In this document: positions 55,467-64,000 of the stretch, one piece after another
Layout of the letters: each line of letters starts with the position of its first letter
Position numbering within the stretch: the first letter of the stretch is position 1
NCBI RefSeq assembly: GCF_006345805.1
Contig: NC_042999.1
Span: 121,148,001-121,212,000 of the forward strand
Reading direction: 5' to 3'
Source of the DNA: Octopus sinensis
Lineage: Eukaryota
DNA length: 64,000 nucleotides
The notes under the pieces: generated by a model
Seen by the model: the letters and a program-made list of their open reading frames with translations, nothing else
The model's database searches: none
What the model was told of the DNA's origin: nothing
Made by a program: the position numbers and the translations under genes

Positions 55467-58400
55467 TAGGGATATACAAGAAAAATCAATAGAAGACAGA
55501 GATATCAAAATAGATTATAGTACAGAGTATTAATAGGCAAAAAAAACTAATGTTTTACAACATTATTACAGTAAATATTTACTTCAAAGAAGTCAGTAAT
55601 ATTTCAAACCATACTGCTAAAATATTCTATATAATAATATTGCTATAATTTCATAAAAGGTAAATAAACTTAGTTTGATAGCAGGATTAATACACTTACA
55701 ACAACATTGGTGTTAATATGAAAATAGTCTAAGTTACAATATGAAATAAAAAATTAAATTACAGTAGATGAGGTTATTCTTGGTAACAGATAAAGGAATA
55801 TATCCATTCCAGAGAGAGAAAAATGGAAATTATGAAGGTAACAAAATAAAAATATCATACAATATGTGTAAATAAGGGAAACCAATAGGCTGATATCGTG
55901 AATATATAAATTGACAACAGTTCACATATGTATATAGCTAAAATAGAAATGTTTCAAGTAACTTAAATTACACTACACAGACAAGAATTATTGCATTATC
56001 CTATAAAAAACATAATGATAATTTTTCAGATTTGAAAATAATACCCTATAGCTTATGTGCACATCAGATATAGAATGGTTTACTTCTAGAATTATATATT
56101 TTCAGCCAAAAGAAACTTAACAACCTAAAATCAGCTCTTGCAAAAATGAAATTAAGGAGAGAGTCTAGCATAGATAAAATGAGATAAGGAGACACATCAG
56201 TTCGAAGCAAATTGAGCAAAGAAATATGTTTTAATGAAGTAGATGAGAGAAAATATGATCTGGTTTTTCTTTAGTATGTGCATTTCTATGTGCGTAAAAC
56301 AGAATGAGGTTTGTGTATGTGGGTGTATGTCTGCATAAACACATGAGCAAGATCTATGTGTAAGAAGAACAGAAAGAGTGATCTGCTGTGTGAGTAAATG
56401 TGAGTTGTGTACTTGAATTTAAAAGCTGCTTACAAGAAGAATATAGAAATAACACATGAACTATGACAATACTTATTAGTTTATATAATTAATATATGTA
56501 ATTAGATAAAATGAGTTATTTTTGAGAAAGTGGTTAAACTATATGAAGACATTTTACTAGATTAGCAAATTACATCAAAGAGATAAAATCTGAAATATGA
56601 TTGCAATAACTATGATAATTAAATTTAACAAATTAACACATTAAGTATAATCTAAAAGCTTTGATATTTTATAATATATGAGTGAAAAAGGGTTTACCAG
56701 ATGAGGAACAAGTTTAATTAGAAGATGGAGTATTAATGATATATCTCATAAGCATTGTTCTTTACTTTAAAAAATGCGTGAAATTATAACACTACAAAGT
56801 ATGAATTCACTTGAAATCATAGTATTCAGGAAGCTACTATTTGTATGAACATTTTTAGTAATATATTAGTAGTCAAAAATTTCTTATGAATGAAAATATA
56901 TTGCAAAATTGAAATGTTAGCATAAAAAAAAAATCTGGTGATAGCAAAATTATATCAGAACAGATATTAAGTTCAATTAAATAATAAACATTGAAGATAA
57001 AGCTCAATTAAACAGTAAACAATGAAGTAAAACCCAATGGTATGGAGTGCAGAAAGAACTCATTCGTATTCTGTCAAAAATATAGAAATACTTCAAAATA
57101 TGCATAATCAGACATGGTCTAAGATGAAATAACAAAATAGATCAAATACTTTAATAACTGTTACGCAAGAGATTTTTAAATCTTCAAAGAAATAAAATAA
57201 AACAAATACCATCTTATGCTTATGTGCATCCACACACACAAGAATGTAATAGACTCCATGAAAGGTCATTTTGAAAGGAAAGCGGATATTAGCTAATAGT
57301 CAACTTAGTGGACTGACAACATTTTAAAAATGTTTGATTTATCTAACAGAAATAGACAAGTGAATTGACATCTCTAAATTTTAAGTGATCATGTGAACTG
57401 ATAAAAGAAAAGAAGAGACAAAGGAGAAAATGACAAGGATATATGGAAAATATAAAAATACAAATCTGCACAATATATCTAAGAAACAGAAATTAATAAA
57501 AATATTGAAATACTTCTGTATTTTTTTAATTAAATAATTTTAAATATTAAATACATGGACATAGACAATGCACACAAATGTCTAGAAAGTGAGTGCTAGG
57601 TCTAACATCTTTGGTAAAATGAATATCTTTCTATGTTCTACTTTACTCTATCCATTCAGTCAAGTATTAAATCAAACTCTAGGGGTGTGAGAGTCACCAC
57701 TTCATTGCTTTAACATGCTAGATAATTTCTGTATTCTGGTGGAAGGTTTTTTGAAAGTGGAAGGTCTTTCATATAGAGTGCTCACAATAATGTTGTTACT
57801 TAACAACCAATGCTATTCATTCTTGACAATATTATGAACTGCCTTTAAGCTAATCACAGCCAGCAAACCTATCTATTCATTAATCTTCTTTTAATATACA
57901 TTATGATTTCAAGGAAATAGTCTTAGGAAAATATAACTAATAATTCAGCATCACAGTTTCAATGTGAAAAGCTCTTCAATTCATTCGAAAATTGCATGCT
58001 CTAGTACTTTTTTCCAACCAGACTTTAAAACATGATTTATCTGTGCATATCACATCAATATTAAATCTATTTTTAGACTGTCAGAAAGGAACATAGAATT
58101 TGTTATCTGTCTTTTCAAAGTCATAAGTTGAAAAATCTGACATTATCTCTTATTTTTACCATTTATCTATTGAATTCTTAAAGTTATATTGCCTGTCACA
58201 TCTTCTCTAAGTTGTATTTTTAAAACAATGCTAAAAATATTGGCAACTAAAAATTGCAAATGAAGAAAAAAATTATGTTTGCAGATATTTTTAATGCAAA
58301 TGAATTAGCAGAAAAGGCTAAATACAGAATTACAAGAATTTTAAAAAGCACATTTCCATGTACTTTAGGTTATAGTGAAAAAGAACAGAAACAATTACAT

Positions 58401-58567
58401 AAAATATGCAATTTACAACACAAAACTTATGGCTGAAATACATAAAAAAAAAACAAGCTGTTAATGAGTTCTTGACTTTTAATGAAATCCAGTATTTAAT
58501 TTTATCATTTATTTATATATGTATATTCAATAAAGATGCTGTATTAGATGAATTAGATATGACTTAC

Positions 58568-58697
58568 TTGTTAATGGCATATATAATAACCATGAATGAT
58601 GTAAGAGTAACCAATGTGGAGTAGAAGATTTGACATGAGAAGTAGATGACAGATACCATCAGATGACGTTGGTTGAACAAGGAAACCTCATTTGCAT
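58568..58697 (-). CDS. Exon B (DANEVSLFNQRHLMVSVIYFSCQIFYSTLVTLTSFMVIIYAIN; TM2); alternative acceptor at 58706
   Basis: TGTATAG or TTTTGAAAAG acceptor, AA|GTAAGT donor, phase 1-2. It is the only candidate I found that bridges exon A to exon C. Confidence 0.82.
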
Positions 58698-60174
58698 CTA
58701 TACAACCTTTTCAAAAGAGAGTTAACATTTAAGAATAAGCAAAAAAAAAAAAAAAATCAAAAACATAACATTTTCAGTAGGTACAAAATATGTTTGGTGC
58801 ATTTTGATTTAATATTTTCCTGTTAAGTACTAATAATTTAAAGGTTATATAAAGCAATTATGCAAGACATAGAAAGTAATCACCTATCAAATACTTAGAA
58901 ATATTTACGATATTTAATTAGATAAATAATCAGAAGTAATAGTAAAATATTCAATACACATTTGTTTAATGCCTGTATGTATTTAGGTATATATGATGGT
59001 ATTTATACATGTCTGTGCATATATATTATGAAATTTATCAAAAGTTATGATTTTAAGGATAGCTAACTAAGATGACAAGTGATAAATCTAACATGGAAAA
59101 GTATGCATTAAACTGTTAGAATATATAAAATTCATTCAATGATTGTGAATCTATTCTAAAGAAATACATTTTTAGATAGTGTAAATGCAAAAGTGCAAAT
59201 TTTCTCTTTCATTTGCTTAGATATGATTTCAGCAAATATAAAGATTTTTGGGAAATACTTATTATGGATAAGTTTGCTAATAGTGCAAGAGTAATTTAGA
59301 ATATAGGTTGATGACTAAAGGTAAATCTATGCTAAATCATTTCATGGGTTGTAATCACTTACGACAAGATCCAAATCTTTGGTAGTAGTTGTAAAAACAA
59401 TAGCTGCCATCTTTAAAGTGAAAAATCAGATATCTTGTTCAGTAAATAAATTTCATTTTATTCTCATACAAATTAATTTTTCATATATAATTATTAGACT
59501 GCAAAAATTTATATTTCTTGAGAAAATTTATCAATGATAATTTTCCGTTTCATTAACTCTTGGGTTAATGAATGTAACAGTTAAAATATTTATATGCAAT
59601 GCAAAGACAGTATATATACAGCATAGTTCCTTCATGAAAATACCAATATATTTTGGAAAGTCTCATTAAATTTTACATTTCAATATTTTCAAATTCAGTT
59701 TCTCCAACTAGAATATGTAAATTTCTGAAAATTCATGGATTTACAACTAAATCTGGAATCAGGTGCTAAAGAATTTAGGTAAAATATATTAAGCTTTTAG
59801 CTGAGGAATCAGTAAAAATTTCCAGTTATCCATTCTAAAATAAAAGAATAATCTAATAAAAGCACTCAACTTTGAATAAAGGGAAAATTGCAGCAGATTC
59901 ATGTATTGTAATGCAAAAGTTCTTAATTCAAAAACTGATATTTTTCTTGACCAAATTTTCACTTCATATACTTTTTAGTACTTTACACAAAATATCAATA
60001 TTTTAAACATATTTTGGATCTATTAAACTAAAGAATATCATTTTTGCAACACAAAAGCTAATATACTTAGAAACCATTTAAGTAATTACAAGTACAAATG
60101 GTTTGAAAATCATTAACAATCCCAACATTCATTAGAATGTTTCTGAGTTTAATCACTTACATTCTTTTACTCTG

Positions 60175-60385
60175 TTCTTTTTCTTTCACTTGTTTTAGTC
60201 ATTTGACTGTGGCCATGCTGGAGCACCACCTTCAGGGGTTTTAGTCGAACAAATCAACCCCAGGACTTATTCTTTGTAAGCCTAGTACTTATTCTATTGA
60301 TCTTTGACAAACTGCTAAGTTACAGGGACATAAGCACACTAACAATGGTTGTCAAGAGATGGTGGTGGAGACAAACAGACACAGA
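60175..60385 (-). mobile_element. SINE family B
   Basis: Reverse complement of the 1-127 sequence plus upstream body. Confidence 0.8.
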
Positions 60386-60405
60386 CACACACACCCTTAT
60401 ATATA

Positions 60406-60550
60406 ATATTACAATTAATAAGAGGAATGACCACTAAAATGGATTCCTATACGCTAGAGATAGATGTGAAATTGCCTTATCTATCTTTGTGGTAAGGTAA
60501 TTTGACATCTATCTCTAGCACGTGGTCATTTCTCTTATTAATTGTAATAT
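60406..60550. mobile_element. Palindromic MITE-like element (145-bp inverted repeat)
   Basis: ATATTACAATTAATAAGAG.AATGACCAC...GCTAGAGATAGATGT.AAATT.CCTTA loop TAAGG.AATTT.ACATCTATCTCTAGC..GTGGTCATT.CTCTTATTAATTGTAATAT. Confidence 0.85.
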
Positions 60551-60664
60551 AATTTTTAAACCTTTGGATTTTTTTTTTTGAATATGCTAGACCACTGATT
60601 TAAATTGATGTCAATTGATTGTTATCAATTTCTACAGTCATTTTAATTTATATATATATATGTA

Positions 60665-60885
60665 GATATATGGTTAATCCAAACAAGAAAGCACAAAAAA
60701 ACACAACAATGCGAGGACATGGAACAAATATAGTATTACTGGATGCTCAGGAAAGAAGGAAAGAAGGAGGGTTTAACGTTTCGAGCGGTGCTCTTCGTCG
60801 GAAACATAGGAGAAGGAAAGATCCAGAGAAGGGAAGACAGAGCCAAAAAATCGCCAACGGTACACACGCGGTCACATTTTGAATA
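60665..60885 (-). mobile_element. Short non-autonomous hammerhead-bearing element (PLE pseudo-LTR / retrozyme-like) in a TA tract
   Basis: CpG-rich 220-bp island between (TA)n flanks, carrying a hammerhead fold. The family link is inference. Confidence 0.55.
60771..60805 (-). ncRNA. Minimal type I hammerhead ribozyme (C at core position 4)
   Basis: GTTT-CCGACGA-A-GAGC(ACC)GCTC-GAAA-C-GT-T-AAAC: stem I GTTT/AAAC, stem II GAGC/GCTC, palindromic ACGT stem III, GUU cleavage triplet. Confidence 0.7.
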
Positions 60886-63342
60886 TATATATGCCAAGTG
60901 ACTTGAAAATTATTCCTTGAGTTCAATCTACATATAGTAATATTTTTTTTAAAAACATGAATTCTTTCATCTCTATTTTTTTGATAATTTTAATAATGAA
61001 ATACAATTGGAAGATTGCTTAAATGAACATATGCTTATGATGTAACAATGTTTCAGAATGCACAATTTAATAAATTAGAAATATGACAATGTGATATATC
61101 TTATGATCATTTTGCTCTTGAGTAATGGAAATGAATATCCTAAGTAGTATCTATTTCTCTTTTGTTCCATAGAATTCATGGACTAATTGTTTAAATGTTG
61201 ACTAAATGTGCAACAAATTATTTTGGAAACCCTTACAGAAATTACAGATGAAACTAGTCTATAAGGCCACAAAAATGTACAATATGTGCATCATGGAAAA
61301 GCTTCACAGAATTTATCAAACTAAAACTAAATCAAAGGTTTTGGATACATTTTAATTTATTGATATTCTGGTAAATTCTCTTGAAAGAACTTTAAAAGTT
61401 TATGATAAAAGATTTCCAATCACATAATACTGTTTACTGTACTGGTTGATTTATTTCTTTTTCTTTCCACTGATGATACCTAATCTCCACAAAAAATGCT
61501 TGTGAAACAAATTTATGTATAGCTAAAATCTTCAGTTACCACACACACAAAACTGTTAGAACTTTTCTTAAATGATAAAAATCAAATTCTTAATCTAATT
61601 TCTACTAGAAAAATACGACTATGTCAAATGCCTTGCTCTATTAGTAATTTATGTGTACATATAATACAGCTAATTTTTTCAAGTGTCTTGAGGAAAAACT
61701 TTTAAATATACAACACCTGTTTACATATTGAGAGAAAGATCACTACTATATTTTACAGGAGTTACTTGAAAGAAAGATTTAATTATAGATAATTAACACT
61801 TTACATCACATCAGTTAACTGTTGTCAGCTGTACAGATATTAGCTAACAATGCATGGTTTGGCCAATTCACATGTATTTGCTGTAGGGGAAGGTATGTTC
61901 AGTTTTAAAAGGGGTTGGCCTACCATATGGAGTGGTCAAAACCCACTTCACAACACTGGTTGATTGGTATGACCATGCCAAACGAGACAGATTTCTTTAT
62001 ATTCTCAGAGAGTTATGAAATTAAACAAATGAAAAAGTTCAAAAATCAACTGTAAGCTAGAGCATCCTTACTTGAATATCTATTAGTGAAAGCTGAAATC
62101 TTAAGGTTCAAACATCATCAAATCTTTCAAAGAAAATCTTGTTACAGTGAATATCAAAGAAATACAAAATATAGAAACATCAGAATAAGGTTTACAAGTA
62201 ACTGCTTCATAATATGTATTATGTAATGATATTTTTAAAATATCCTCAATATCAAGTCATGTAAATATACAAAACAAGTTTGCTTTCAATATTATAGCAA
62301 AAATAACTGCTCATTATGGATATCAAAGGTATTTGAAATAGTAAGCAACTAAAATCTCAAAAAATCATTTCTGGTTGGAATTATTTATGTGTTTTAATGA
62401 GAATAATTTAGGATAAATGCAAAATCTTTAATAATTTAAAAGCACACTGGCAGGAAAAATAGTTATTGGTATCATAAAAAATAGTTATATTTCATATTTT
62501 AAAAGGTATATTTTTCATAGGCCTTTGATGTATACATTTCTTAACCTTTACTTTTGCATACAGTCTATGAATAATTTTACGCAGCAAGTTTTATATAAGT
62601 TTTAAATTAATAAATTTATAGATAACAAACTCATAGCTATTCATAGAGTAGCACAGATTAAAAACTGAAAATCTAATTTTACTTAATGGCTTGTGTTGAA
62701 ATATATTTCATATATTTCACTTTAATCATTTAGGATTCAGTATAAAAATTGTAAATGCACAGATTCAAATGATTCTAAAGTCTAGTAATGTAGGTTTTAC
62801 ACATATAAATAATTGTTTCATGAATAATCCAGACTATACTCTTACAATCAGAGTTTAAATACCTAAAGCAATATGGCAGTCCATCAAATACTATATGTCT
62901 TATACTAAATTCTTCAAATCAGTTGTATTTATAGACACACAAAAACAAAATTATATATTTCAAATTCTATATTTCTGAGACTCAATATCACTATAATTAA
63001 ACATTGATTTATGCAAACTCTCAGTCAGAGCTTAGCATTCATAAAACACTGCATCAATAATTTCTTGTATTGTTGTCAGGTGACATCACACACTGAACAC
63101 TTCTCCTTTCTCTAAATCCAGCACTCTCTAATTATGCCTCAACAAATTATTGATTTATAGTTCAATGAGATATTTCAGAGTTTTCTTTCCAAACAGGCAG
63201 CCAAAGTTAAGAAATAATTTTTATCAAAATATCAGATGAATGTGATATGTAGAGAAAATTATTGAACATAATGCAGTTTTAAATCCATTAACCAAAACTT
63301 TAATTTAAGGTGTTTAAAATATGTAAGTCAATGCTCACTGAC

Positions 63343-63483
63343 CTTGTCTTGCAACAATCCCAAAACCAGCGACAGACAAGAGAATTATTATAGCACCACA
63401 AATGGAAGCAATGAATGGAATGAAAAAACTTCCACTGCTTGAAAAGAAAGGATTTTTCTTGTCATATCCGTCTTCATCAACAA
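63343..63483 (-). CDS. Exon A, first visible exon (VDEDGYDKKNPFFSSSGSFFIPFIASICGAIIILLSVAGFGIVARQ; TM1)
   Basis: TTTTTTATAG acceptor, AG|GTCAGT donor, phase 1-1. Upstream exons must lie beyond 64000. Confidence 0.85.
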
Positions 63484-63528
63484 CTATAAAAAATGCAAAA
63501 AGTAATAGATAAACAAAATACATGTGAC

Positions 63529-63580
<52 letters not shown>

Positions 63581-63584
63581 TAGG

Positions 63585-64000
63585 CAAAGACATAGTAAGA
63601 GTGGTTACCTGTATAACTGATGGCATGCCTGAGAGAGCCACCACAAATAACAGTAGCCCTAAGAGAGCTCCCTGATGTACTCTTCTCACTATTGTTCTCT
63701 TGCATAAGGCTCCATTGGTTGCTACAGACTGGCTTCTGTCTTTTGAGCCATGTAACAACTCCCCCAATTTTCCAACTGTGCTAAGTCCTTGTAGCTTGTG
63801 ACATATCATCCTGTGATCAGCATTATCAAAGGCCATTACAAAATCGAAATATGTCACATCTACATTTGAGCAATTCATAAGTTGTTTCAGTTACCAGTAA
63901 TGATCCTGCAGAAACTGTGTAAGGCAGTTTCTTCCAGAGAGGAAGCCCCATTTGGAGTCAGGGAGTGAGCCATTATCTTCTATGAAAGTAATCAGCTTCC
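63585..64000 (-). mobile_element. Decayed LINE RT fragment (CR1/L2/Jockey-like)
   Basis: YFDFVMAFDNADH..ICHKL..GKL..R.Q.V..NG..VHQGALLGLLLF matches RT domains 3-4 (DF.KAFD.V.H / GVPQGS.LGPLLF). Confidence 0.8.

Overview
This is eukaryotic, AT-rich, microsatellite-dense DNA. The repeat families resemble cephalopod (Octopus-like) DNA; that is recognition from memory, not a database result. The left half (1-33 kb) is a transposon mosaic: tRNA-type SINEs; an R4/Dong-like RLE LINE relic; Mutator, hAT and Helitron relics; a decayed RTE-like LINE split by a young, complete Mag-type Ty3/gypsy element (240-bp LTRs differing at 2 positions, CTTTG target duplication, single gag-pol frame with three in-frame TAA stops); and a nest of Penelope-like elements, including an in-frame junction between two different GIY-YIG families. 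The right half holds a minus-strand gene that I assembled by hand from 11 GT-AG exons with consistent phases (63483 to 38932, about 641 aa, 5' end outside the window). It encodes a five-TM membrane protein that I cannot assign to a family. Its introns contain an 89-bp duplication of a splice acceptor plus exon start that opens an in-frame alternative terminal exon, a sense-strand minimal hammerhead ribozyme, and a 145-bp near-perfect hairpin element. Most ORFs in the supplied track are microsatellite or AT-rich noise. No CRISPR, rRNA or tRNA genes were seen.
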